Positions 12,088 through 23,607 of a stretch of 64,000 bases of DNA are shown piece by piece. A model generated the notes under the pieces. That model was not told the DNA's origin, made no database searches, and saw nothing but the letters and a program-made list of their open reading frames with translations. The stretch's first letter is position 1. Every line of letters begins with the position of its first letter. Source of the DNA: Macrostomum lignano (lineage: Eukaryota). Location of the stretch: contig NIVC01001890.1 in NCBI GenBank assembly GCA_002269645.1, forward strand, positions 1 through 64,000. Direction: 5' to 3'. The position numbers and the translations under genes were made by a program.

Positions 12088-14201
12088 TCAAAATTCTCCC
12101 AGAGCGAATTCGCGCAGAATCTCCGGCACGGAAGCGTCAAAGCCGACCAGATCGAGCATGCCGGGATCTTTGGGATCGGCAATGCTGAATTTGCTAGCCG
12201 TCATTGCCATCACGGCTAGGCGGCTTTCTGGCAGATTCATCCGATTCCTATACTTTACCAGAGCTTCGTGTGGATGCACGCGGCCAAAGTAGGTCTCATT
12301 GTCAGTCAGGACAACAAAAAGATCGAATTGGCGACGTTGCTTCAGCGCCCACAGCATCGGCTGGGCGCAGTCTGTTGAACCAAAATTACGTTTGCTAGTT
12401 TTAGCCAGAGCAGAATTCAGTGTGTCGTCAGAGCTGATGTTTAAATTGACTAGTTTGGAGCAGAAACCAACCACTTGGCAGGTGTTGGCAGGTTCGATTC
12501 GAACTGTGACCATAGCCAGAGCTGCAGCAGCTTCTGCGCAACTGATGCACTGAATAGGATTAGCTGGCGAACTCATACTGCCGCTAACGTCCAGAGCCAG
12601 TAGGATTCTTTTACCGGTTGGCTTCACATTTTTAAATGACAGGTAGAACGCTTTCTCAAGCGCGGTCACTAGTCGAGGCTCGGGTTGCCAAGTCAAACCG
12701 CCGCGAAAGCCCCGACCGGAGTCAACAATGCGCCAGGCGGCTAGAACGTTGATCGGATGAATCATTGCTTTGTGCAGCAGGTCGGCGTTGGTTATACGTT
12801 CGATAACAGTGTCTAGAAGGTCGGGCTTGTCGGTGAATAGGCCCGAGCTGAGGTATTTGGCTAAGGAACGGAGCATAGCTGTCAGCGGCATGTTAGTGAG
12901 CAGGGCCGCCATGACCTGAAAGGTAAAGTTGAAGATTTATTAATAAGATAGCAGTGCGTCAGCGATAAAATAGGTCGTAAAATTTTAAGGGGAGCGAGTG
13001 TACATTGGGAGAGACTTGTTTTGGAGGGTTTGGGTTGGTCGGGAGCGAGTGTACATTGGCGGAGAGGCTTGTTTTGGATGGTTAGGGAGTTAAGAGGTTG
13101 GTCGGGAGCGAGTGTACATTGGCGAGAGGCCTGGAGAGTTAGGGAGGTAACAGGTTGGTCTGGAGCCAGTGTACATTGATGGAGAGGCTTGGAGAGTTTT
13201 TGAGTTAAGCGGATAAGGGGGTAAAATCTCACCTGCTTTGACCCTAGCAGAGGTGCGGGCACGTGCTCGCGAACTAGGCCAAATTTTTCAATGAGCCCGG
13301 CAGCTACAAACTCCTCGCCGTTGTCCATCTTATGCAGCTGTTCGATGGCCTCTAGATAGGCCAGCACGTTGGCCGAGTCAGACTCGCTAGGCCAGTTATC
13401 GCGAACAGCTTCGATACCTTTAACGCAGTAGCGCAATAGGCAGTTAAGCAATGGTTTGTCAGTTTTAGCGTGGCAAAGTCGCAGCAGATCGCGATGAGTC
13501 CAGCCGCCTCTGTTGCGATATTTTGTCACCATGTAGGCCAGACGTTTTGGCGTGTCGGCAAACTGCAGGTACCATTTAGCGACTGCCCGGCGTTGAGCCC
13601 GACCCCAGCCTGTGCCAGCAGGCTGGCAGGCCTTCTGCCCGATGTCGACAAACTGGAACAGGTGAGTTGGTATGCGGCACACCTCGTCTAGGCAAGCGTA
13701 GGCCGCTCGTTTAGTGGCCGGATCGTTGCTATGGGCACACAGAGCCAAAGCAATTTGTATGCCATCCTGTTTAGCAGTTCGACCTTCGACACTATACTGT
13801 CGAATAGTGGCTACAGCTTCTGGTCCTTGGCCGGCTTGGATGAGGTTCTGCAGCGCTAGAATGTTAGTAACTGTGAGTTCATTCTCACTAGCATAGTAGG
13901 TGCCAGACTCGCATCCAATGCAGATGAAGCGCTTGAGCTGCTGGATGTCAGTCACTTGGAATACATAGCCACCTGCACTGTTCTCAACCTGATCAACACT
14001 GACTGGCTGAGTCTGTGGAATTGATCCCATCTGCTGAGAGTCCACTTCCATTGAGTTGCTGCTACTGCTGGAACTTCTATGTCGGTGATTCCAGCGGGTA
14101 TTAGGATAAGATGGCATTCCAAAGGGACTCGGAGTAATTGAGGAAGCAGCAGCAGCTGCAGCATAGTTTCTCTTGGCTTGCTTGGATTTGCGTCTGGGCA
14201 T
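12088..14201 (-). CDS. RO60: Ro60 RNA-binding protein (TROVE + vWA domains), 2 exons, 598 aa
   Basis: Exons 13233-14201 and 12088-12915 (phase 0, KQ|VMAALL). Motifs DQVENSAGGYVFQV, LKRFICIGCESGTYY, RIPTHLFQF, GWGRAQRRAVAKWY, KYRNRGGWTHRDLLRLCH, MPLTAMLR, LALDVSGSM (MIDAS), GSTDCAQPM, VVLTDNET, IADPKDPGMLDLVGFD. Confidence 0.96.
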
Positions 14202-15684
14202 GATGACCTTAGTGCAGCTATTCTAAGCTGAAACATTTAAAAGAAAGGAATGTGTTTATTGAATGTCATAAATTTTGAAAATAAGAACATTAGCTATGCT
14301 ATAATGCCACTTCATTTGTACATCATTTGTTTTTCTCATTTTGCTTCTTCTTGTTTTGCCTATTCTATTTTGCTTACTTGGTTCCTTGTTGGTTACTGCT
14401 AATTGATTTGCTTAGATAATTTAGATTGGCTAGATTGGCTAACACTTGCATGTGTCTTATTTAAAAAGCCTTTTTTATTTACCTATAACCATACCTAGGC
14501 CTAAATAGACTTTAGATAAATCTTATATATGGGGCCTAGCAAATAATTTCATGATTGATTAATTAAACAAAAAATCTATTTGATAAATAAAAGACCTAAA
14601 ATATATAAACAAAGTGAAAAGTAAAATGAGGCCTACAAATCAAGCTTACAGCCTAGGTATACAGCCTAGCTACAAGAATTAGCCTAATAACAGACTTGCT
14701 ATAGCCATAGGCATAGAAATGAAAAAAATAAAAATAATAGTCAAGACAAGGTAATGTATTTTTAATTTTATTATAATTTGCAAAATCAGCATAGGCCCTA
14801 GGTCTGTTGGGTAAGGTTATAGTTAATAATTAAATACTAAAAATAGAACTTGGATAGGCCAATCTAAGTATAATCAAAAGGCCAAAAACACAGTAGCTAG
14901 GTGACTAGTGACCTACATCCTACTATAGGTCTAAGGCTAGGCTAGGCCTAGTCATGGGACATACTCACATAGGCCCTAAGATATTAAGATTAGCTAAAAA
15001 TCTGACAAAATTTATTCTTGATTTTTGCTATAATTATTAGGACTAGGCCTAGTTATAAATAAATTAAACTTAAAAAGCAAAGACAAAGGAATTTTTATCA
15101 TGTAACATAATTCCATCATAGTATCTATCTCCCTAAGACTTGAATATCTACAGTACACCTAATACAAATTGCTGCCAAAAAATAAATGAAATATAAAAAC
15201 CTAGGCATATTTATCTATTTAGACATTTAGAGCTGTGGCTAATGCCATCTTGGTGTGTGGCCATCCAGCCCATCCTGGTCATGCGCCAATAGGCCTACTA
15301 TAATAATTTTTAACTTCTTTAATGCCTTAACTTATAGCATACCATAGTCTTATTAGCTATCCAAAGTGTGTCTTATATAGTATCAGGCAGATAATTTCGA
15401 CATAATGTTGCAACATTTGCAAAGAACCGAACACAATTGTCCTGACTGCCTGTGCCTTCCGTATCCAGAACATACATGCGCAACAGTCGGCCGAGTCGGC
15501 CGATCCGGCCGACCGATTTGGCGGCCAACCAAGTAAGTCGCAAAATTGATTAACCGCCAAAAAAAACGAAAAAACAAAAGACGAAAAAGGGGAAAGGAAA
15601 AGGAAAAAACGAGAAAAAGGGAGCAAAGAGAAAGAGAAAAACACAAAAAGAGTTGTAAGTGCTGTAAGTTGCAGCACTGAAGAC

Positions 15685-18600
15685 AAGGTAAGTCGCACCG
15701 AGGGCGAGCTAAGTCGCACCGAGGGCAAGCTAAGTCGCAGCAGGACCGAGCTAAGTCGCATCGAGGGCGAACTAAGTCGCACCGAGCGAGAGCTAAGTCG
15801 CACTAAGGGCGAGCTAAGTCGCACCGAGGGCAAAATAAGTCGCACCGAGCGAGAGCTAAGTCGCACTAAGTCGCAGCAGGACCGAGCTAAGTCGCACCGA
15901 GGGCGAGCTAAGTCGCAGCAGGACCGAGCTAAGTCGCACCGAGGGCGAGCTAAGTCGCAGCAGGACCGAGCTAAGTCGCACCGAGGGCCCCGATCAAAAA
16001 GAAGTTGTCTTAAGACGTCTTAGAATTGTCTTAAGATGGCTAAAGACACCTCAAGACAATTTCAAGATATCTTCAACTTTGCTTCCACAAGCTATCCTGA
16101 TAAAGTTGTCTTGAAGATGACTTGAAATTGACTTTTATGAGATGTCTTGTTGAAGACATCTTTAAGACATCACCTTAAAGACTAAAAATTTACATAAACA
16201 ACTGTTTCTACTGTAAGTAGAAAGTTTCAGATACAAATTTATCCAGATCGTTAAAATCAATAAAAAATAAAACAAGCAACTATTGTGACATTTATCTAAA
16301 AATTTTGTTGTATTGTAGTCTGTGGAAGGTGTGCCTTTTATTAAAAATCGTTTACGCTTTTGAAGTGCAATTATGTGCAATTTTTGTATCGAGTCGTTAC
16401 AAACTTTGAGACAAAGTTTAACTACAACAGTTTTGATTGAAGCAAATATATTTACAAAATTCTAAACAGCTAAGCATTAAAAAAGACAAAGTTGCAATAT
16501 ATATCGGTTATGCTTTTGTTAAAAACAGCTAAAATCAATATGGCGGAACGACATTTTTAAAAAGGACTAAAAGACAACCTTGTGACCGTGAAGGCCGCCT
16601 AATTGTTGAACACTTGCTTCTATCTTTTGTGATAAGTTTCAATTTTTCATTGGCTGCTATAGCCTATATAGATTTCTGGTGTAAGCCCTACCCTAGATTT
16701 ATCTTTACTTAATGCGATAGTGTATTACTATTCGTGATCGTGATGATACATCTACTATCCTCAAATTAGACCAATTCCTAGTAGTATTTTTTACTAATTC
16801 TTCCTTGGATAGCTTCTAGGATTGTATTTCATATTCTAGTGCCAGGTGCCAGCAAAAAAACCAGATTGGCCAGAAATGTTTTTATGCAATAGGCAATAGG
16901 GATGCTATGTAACATCCTGACCTAAAAATTACAATTTTAAATTGGACCTTGGATGCAATGTTTTTTTAGTTAGGCCTACTGCATATATATTGCTATGCCT
17001 AGCACTAGTAAGCACTAGTTAACTAATGCATAGTCATGTTTACATTTTAAGTTAGGCCTTAAAAGATTCAGGCATTAACTAGAGGCCCATGTACTAGGCC
17101 TAAAACTAAAAATATATGTTTTATTTACTTCTGGCTTTTTAAAGTCAAAGTTTTATAGTTGTTGAATTGGCTTATTAGGCTATTTTGTTCTGTTGTAGGC
17201 CTCTTAGCTGTAGATAGGCCCTAGCTTCTTCCTTAGGCCTAAATAGTTTTTGCTTTGATTTTTATGTCAAAAGTAATAAATAATTTCCATGAGCCTATAG
17301 CTAGGTTTATTTTTTATATGCAGAGTTACTTTTAATTTAAAATTGCACCCAGAAATTGAAAATTGCAATTTAGGGACAGTCTTATAACCTGTTTTTATGT
17401 TAAACTTGAAGCCTCATTTGCATTGCCCTAAAATAAGAAAAATAAGAAATTGCACTTTGAGCCTTAAAATTGCACTATAAAAATGAGTATAGAGTGCACT
17501 TTTGCACCTTGTCTTTGGCAAAAAAGAAAACCTTGGCCTATAGGCCTTTATATGTTGCTTCCTCTTTGCCTTTATTATTGGCTAATGACATATATATGAT
17601 GTTTTCAATATATCAATATTTTGAATATTAGGCCTAGTCATTCGTGCTTTTTTCTTGGCTAGGCCAATGAAAATTTAAATAAGAAATAGATATAGCCTTA
17701 TAATTTATTATTAGGCCTATATCACATTCAAAAATTGGATTAGGCCTAATAGAGAATAAATAGAGTTGGTATGCCTAGAAGTTTTATATAAAATTGATAT
17801 TCTAATCTTTTTATTTTGCTTTGAGATTAGGCCCTAAGCTTTAGCCTATGTATTTAAGCCTAAGGCAAAGTTATTGTATAATACACTTGTGTGAATATAT
17901 AGTAGGGGCCTAGGCAATTTATTTATTAGATTTTTAAAGTATATTAGTATAATAATCTATTATTTATTATTTATTGTTTTTTACTTATGAATTTCAAATT
18001 ATTTCAGCCTAACAACCTATAAACTATAACCTTTATTAAACTTATCCTTTCATGCCTTATCAACACATGCTATCCATCATAGTGGAAGCTAACCTGGATC
18101 TTGAATCTTCCTGGATTGAGCCAATTCTAAACTACTAAACAATTCTGGCTAGCAAAGGATCAATTTACAGCAAGTTTTCCACCAAGCATTGAGCAACTTT
18201 TATTGCATTAACCAAGTATTTCCATGCAATGACAGGGTATGATGCATTATAAAATTATACACTTGCACTTGAGTATTTTTGCATTTTTATTTAGTGTATT
18301 TTAACTTGTTTTTGATTCACCATTTTATTGCTTCTGTGACTTTTAAACTGTGCCTTTTATAAAATGAAAATATAAATCATAAATCATAAATTACATTGAA
18401 CCATGTTTAGAAGCCTACTAAATAGCTTCTCTTTCATATCAATATTGCCTGAAACGAAACAAAAGAGTGCTGTAATATTTTTAGTCATTTTTCTTTTAAA
18501 CAACTGTGATTGCAATGGCAACAGCATTTCTTAAATGATCTTGGGCAAGACGTCTTCTGCAAGTCATCTGGAAGATGTCTTTAAGTAGATTTTAAGATGT

Positions 18601-19150
18601 CTTGAAGATGTCTGAAGACGTCTTTAAGTTATCTCTAAGTTGTCTACAAGTGTTGCAAGGAGCCAATTTTTAGACCGAATTAAGTCAATTGTAAGATGTC
18701 TTGAAGACATCTTTCTGTCTTATGCAAGACATCTTTAAGACATAATTAAGCCAACTTTTTTTGATCGGGGCGAACTAAGTCGCACCGAGCGAGAGCTAAG
18801 TCGCACTAAGTCGCAGCAGGACCGAGCTAAGTCGCACCGAGGGCGAGCTAAGTCGCAGCAGGACCGAGCTAAGTCGCACCGAGGGCGAGCTAAGTCGCAG
18901 CAGGACCGAGCTAAGTCGCACCGAGGGCGAGCTAAGTCGCAGCAGGACCGAGCTAAGTCGCACCGAGGGCGAACTAAGTCGCACCGAGCGAGAGCTAAGT
19001 CGCAGCAGGACCAAGCTAAGTCGCACCGAGGGCGAGCTAAGTCGCACCGAGCGAGAGCTAAGTCGCACCGAGGGCGAGCTAAGTCGCAGCAGGACCGAGT
19101 AAGTCGCAGCAGGGCCGAGGTAAGTCGCAGCAGGACTGAGTTAAGTCGCA
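15685..19150. repeat. 21-bp minisatellite GAGCTAAGTCGCA(CCGAGGGC/GCAGGACC), split into 15685-15988 and 18770-19150 by an insertion
   Basis: The array resumes in register on both sides of the 15989-18769 insert. Confidence 0.9.
15989..18769. mobile_element. 2.78 kb non-autonomous TIR element, CMC/EnSpm-like (CCC...GGG ends, 2-bp TSD GC)
   Basis: Left CCCGATCAAAAAGAAGTTG, right CCAACTTTTTTTGATCGGG. GC is duplicated at 15987-15988 and 18770-18771, restoring CCGAGGGCGAACTAAG. Multiple palindromic AAGAYRTCTT subterminal motifs at both ends; AT-rich non-coding interior. Confidence 0.8.
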
Positions 19151-19500
19151 GAGCATCTTTAGGATTATTAGGTTAGGATTAGTTTAGGATGAATTTAATG
19201 TATCACTTACTAGGGTGTAGGCTACGTGTGCATTAACGCATCAATTTGAAAAATTAAGAATTACGAAGCCAGAAATGGCTAAGGAATAGAAATAGGGATA
19301 GAATAACTTATAAGCAGTAATTTTTCAGCCCTATTACAATTGCAAATCATACTTTTAATAATATTTAATTAGCAAATTAAAACTGCAAGATTCTAACGGT
19401 CTTATATATGAACTTAGAAGAACTGTAGTCTTAATGATTATGCATGTACCATTGTAATAATTGATTAAAATTGTAGCAGATTAAAACTGATAAAAAACTT

Positions 19501-22500
19501 TTAAAATAGTCCACTTAGCAAATCAGAATCAGAATCTTTATTTTCCTCGTCTACGTTGGATTCTTTTTGCCGTTGACCTCCAGGAGCATCAGAACGCCAG
19601 TGTTTTTTCAGCCAATCATTGACATAAATATCCGGCTTAAATTTCATCAGCGGAGGCCCATTTATTCGAATCCGTAGTAGATGCTCCAATGTTTTTGGTG
19701 CCAAGCGTGTTCTCCTGTCATAGGCAATGTGCTTATAGATAGAAAACCCTCTTTTAGCCTCAGCTGATGATATTGGCAAAGTTAACACAACCATAATTAG
19801 ATTCTTTATTCTGGGCAGCCATTCAACAGTTCTTGTCTCTAGAAAGTGACTCCAAAATTTCACCGGACCTTTGCCTTTGTAGGCACAGAAGTCAACACTA
19901 TGCGAAGTGATCAAACTTTTTAGGAGTAGACCGAACTGACCAGAGATTGTCCTTTCTGTAGCGCGTTCTGAAGCATCTGCATCTCTAGAGTCTGAATCAG
20001 AAAGATGGTCCTCTGTTTCAGATTCAGAGCTGTCATCTTCCATTCCAAACCGTCTAGCAAGAGGTATGATTCTCGAACTGTATGTAAAGACAGTATGTAA
20101 TGTTTCAGCATTAGGCAATAACACTGGGTTGAGCACATTAAATATTGAGTAGTCATCCTCAGGAAAATAATTACGCAGCTGATCAATTATGCTATCAATG
20201 ATTCGACTGCGAATCTCATCCAGTGCTGGATAAGCTCCCATGTCAACAACACTGCCACGTCCACTAGCATCAAATAATCTATTTCTTAGAGATCTGTCTG
20301 CAGCAGAACCTGGTTGCTTCAACTCAAACCTCTCTGTTGGATCGCTGCTTCCAGGGCCGGAAGGACAAGCAAAGTTAGAATAAGATAGGTCTCTTGTGTG
20401 ACATCCTGAATGGTATTCCAGCTGCGGATATCCATCTGCAGTTCCCAAAACTCGACGACACTTGCAGGAAGCCAAAAAGTCCACAATGCGAGGACCATTG
20501 TTCGTTTTTAAGGTTTCTAGTGAATGGATAAGGTTAGTGTGGCGTTCTTGCAAGCCAATAAATGTACCCTTGGCTCTTTGAAACTGCAAGGACTCAAATT
20601 CCAGTAATTTTAGAATGTCCATGAGAAATAGATGTAATGAATAATACCGGACATTTTGCAATGTTTTCAATAATCCAGAGGCAGTTGCTTTACTTTCGTC
20701 ATCAAAGCCTGAGGAAGGTGATTTGATATTTTCTAAATTTGTCAGAAGCAAGTAGTATGACTTTCGAATCACATCAAGAGCAGACACTTCCGATGCAACC
20801 CACCTGATACGATATATTCTTTTTAATTCATAGAAAACCAAGTTGAGTGCTTCCGAAGTTTGTGCCAAAGATGCCTTACGTTTAACAGCGTGGCTCATAT
20901 AAAATTTGTGTAGAGAATTTATATTCTTATCGAGATGTTGCATAAATAGGAAGATTTCAAAGGCATGATAGATTGAAAGTTCTAACTTATGCGCTGCACA
21001 ATGGTGCTGAAAAAATTGTTTGCTAGCCCAAGGCCTCAGTTGACTTATTAATCCCACTCGACTTCCTGTCATTACGGATGCACCATCAGTTGTCACCCCC
21101 CATAGCCTTCGTTTGATTTCATCTTCTAGCTTGTCATCCGAAAATAAACGGATGAGAAGTTCATAAATGCTTCGTCCAGTCTCTACTTCAGTCAGACGTT
21201 TAAACCGATAAAAAAACATCAAAGGTTGGCTGTTTTCAAGAACTCTGAAGTATATCATGACGTAGCTGTTTGAATGAATATCAGACGTTGTATCTAGTAC
21301 AATAGAAATCGGAAGGTTGTCAGCACTTTTAATGTAATTCACAAATGTCCGATGCATTGTATTACTGATTGATTCCACCATTGCTGCGGCACTTTTGCGA
21401 TGCTTATGATGGCTCCCCATATCCAACCCATTTTTTACTTGTAAATCAATCATATTTGGATGAGCACTGAATGGAATATTAGATTTGACTTCGGCGAAAA
21501 AACTGTTGTCAAAACTCGGGCTGTTATTTCATCTCGTTTAGTTTTAGCTAGTCTAGCGGCCTCATTCATCTGTTTGAGTTGCTTTGCAAGAACTGAAGTA
21601 TGTTTTTCCTTCATCCACTTTATGGCGTCACTGTGAAGTGTATTTGATGAATGTTCCTGTAGTTTTCTTCGTACGCTATCTTTTGCATGACCTTTGGGAA
21701 TGTAGCCTTGTTCTGTTGCAAAAGTTAACTTACGTTGGCTCTCTAGATTTGTCTCCTTTTTCTTATGTGCATTCAAAAATTTTCTGCAGATCCGACATTG
21801 TATTCCAGATCTTGATAGATCTTCGGTGTTTTGAACATATTGAAACCATGTCTTCATTTCTTGTGACACAAATTTTCTTGAAAATGATCTGCAATGGTCA
21901 AATTAGAGAATATTTTGGGATTTGGACTATTTGTGAGTATCTAAAAGCAATATGCTAATAAGTGCAATACACAATACACTATACATTAATTTACAGTTCG
22001 TCAGTTTCCATTTACTTACTGTGACTGGTGCATCTCCAAAGAATGTAACCACTCCTCTCGAAAACCAGATGTATCCTCCCAGTCCTTTTTAGGGAAAACT
22101 TCAATATTTTCGCCCATCATAGAGGAAGACGAGGGCTTTGATGCTGAAGTGGCTAGACATGCGTCTGCAGATGTGCTTATACATGGTATTTTTCTTTGCG
22201 ATGGCCCTGCTTCTGCAGTATTTACTTGTACTATTTCAACATCACCTGAACCCCTTGAGTCGCTCGAATCTAAATCAACAATAGGACTTTGGCAAAGTGA
22301 TCGTTTCGTTGATTGTCTTTGAATATTTACTTGCCTAATAATTTCCACTTGTAGTTTGCTTGTTTGCTGGTCATTCTCCAACAACTCTCTTCTTTCCTGT
22401 ACATTTGCAGCAGAGCAAAAATTAGAAGTTTCTGCAGCAGCAGTTTGAACAGCATGATCTCGATTAGCTGCTATTTGCTCTGAAAATTCATAGGACCTGG

Positions 22501-23607
22501 CCAATTCACTACGGTGTGAGCTTTCAGAACATGGAGCTGGAGCAGGAGCTAGTCGCATTTCGATTCTTTCTGTTGCTGATGAAGCAGATGCTAATGCTGA
22601 GTCTGCCAATGTACATGCTTCTCTTGAAGGTGTATTTATGATGGCTTCAATATTGTCCTCTAAAATCCAATGAGCACCTGAGCAGTCATTTTATCTACCT
22701 GGAGTCAACTGTCCAAGTTTCCACCTTGTAAAAAGCAAAGGCTTTCGTAACTCACTGCTGGATTCAGGGCACCGGTTTATTGAATAGTCCTCATGACCAA
22801 GTTCATCCCATTCTCTTGCTGGCTTTAAGATGTAGTTGGGCTTGTCTCTTAGCCTACGATAAATGGACTCAAAAATGTGCACCTGTTATTGTTCCTAATA
22901 ATTTCAGCTAATGAGTTATCAATGATAATTTTATCTTCATAAACAGGTCTTCTTTGTGTTGCATGCATTTTAGCTAGTCGCAGTTTTCCAATGCTACTGG
23001 CAGTTGTGGAACTTGAACTGTCCGATTCTGATCTAGAAAAGTCTCGTTGATACAAGAGAATAATGGCCATAGCACTTTTACCATTCCCATTCTTTAATGC
23101 ATTTGGTTCTGTTGGAATTGTCTTACTAGCAGACTTGAAAAAATCAATGATGGATGACTGCGATGATCTACTAGGAGCGGAACTTGGCAGCCCATGTCTA
23201 GTTTTTCCCTGATACCCAATAGATGTATCGGTAAAAAACATATCTGCTGCTTCCTGCTTCCCTTTTGATGCAATAACAAAGAAACTGCTGTCCGTTTTGA
23301 AGCCCGAGGACCGATAGAAGTCAGCAGAAAATGAAACCACAGGTCGTCTAAAATCGCCGCTATATTCTTGAACTCCAATCAGAAGAAAATCATGGAGTCT
23401 CACTGGCACTGATCCTAATAGCATTGCAGTTGTAGAACAAACTTTCTTTAGCTCAATGAACTCTGAAAATTCTTGAGATCCAATATTAGGCTCATCAGTA
23501 TTTAACTCATTTATAACAATTGAGCACTCACTCTCAGCTAGAATACCATTGATAGCTAGGATGCCACTTAGAATCAGTAGGCAAAGACAACTAAGGCTGT
23601 ACATCAT
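19501..23607 (-). pseudogene. hAT transposase (ZNF862/KIAA1586-like) with N-terminal signal peptide + lamin-tail-like domain; disrupted (2 frameshifts, 1 in-frame stop, catalytic E>K)
   Basis: Model: 23607-22020, intron 22019-21889 (GTAAGT...TTGCAG, phase 2 fits), 21888-19501; ~1325 aa if repaired. hAT motifs SIVLDTTSD, TTDGASVMTG, HCAAHKLEL, RIRWVAS, LPISSAEAKRGFS, RRTRLAPKTLEHLLRIRINGP. Lesions: -1 at 22871-22875, TAA at 22691-22693, -1 at 21497-21502. Confidence 0.8.

Noticed and set aside
15236-15270. Y RNA candidate upstream of Ro60 (GGCT...AGCC hairpin)
   Set aside because: Only ~34 nt; lacks the conserved bulged-C stem (GGUCCGA/UUGAC) and an oligo-T terminator.
15357-15866. 169-aa ORF with a hydrophobic Phe-rich stretch
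   Set aside because: Made of the 21-bp array plus an A-rich tract in the transposon's left end; no protein-like signal.
22678-22698. 21-nt GT...AG micro-intron that would remove the in-frame TAA in the transposase fusion
   Set aside because: Too short for a normal metazoan spliceosomal intron, and it would delete NDC residues that look like part of the TPG..N.C motif; a point mutation or base error is simpler.
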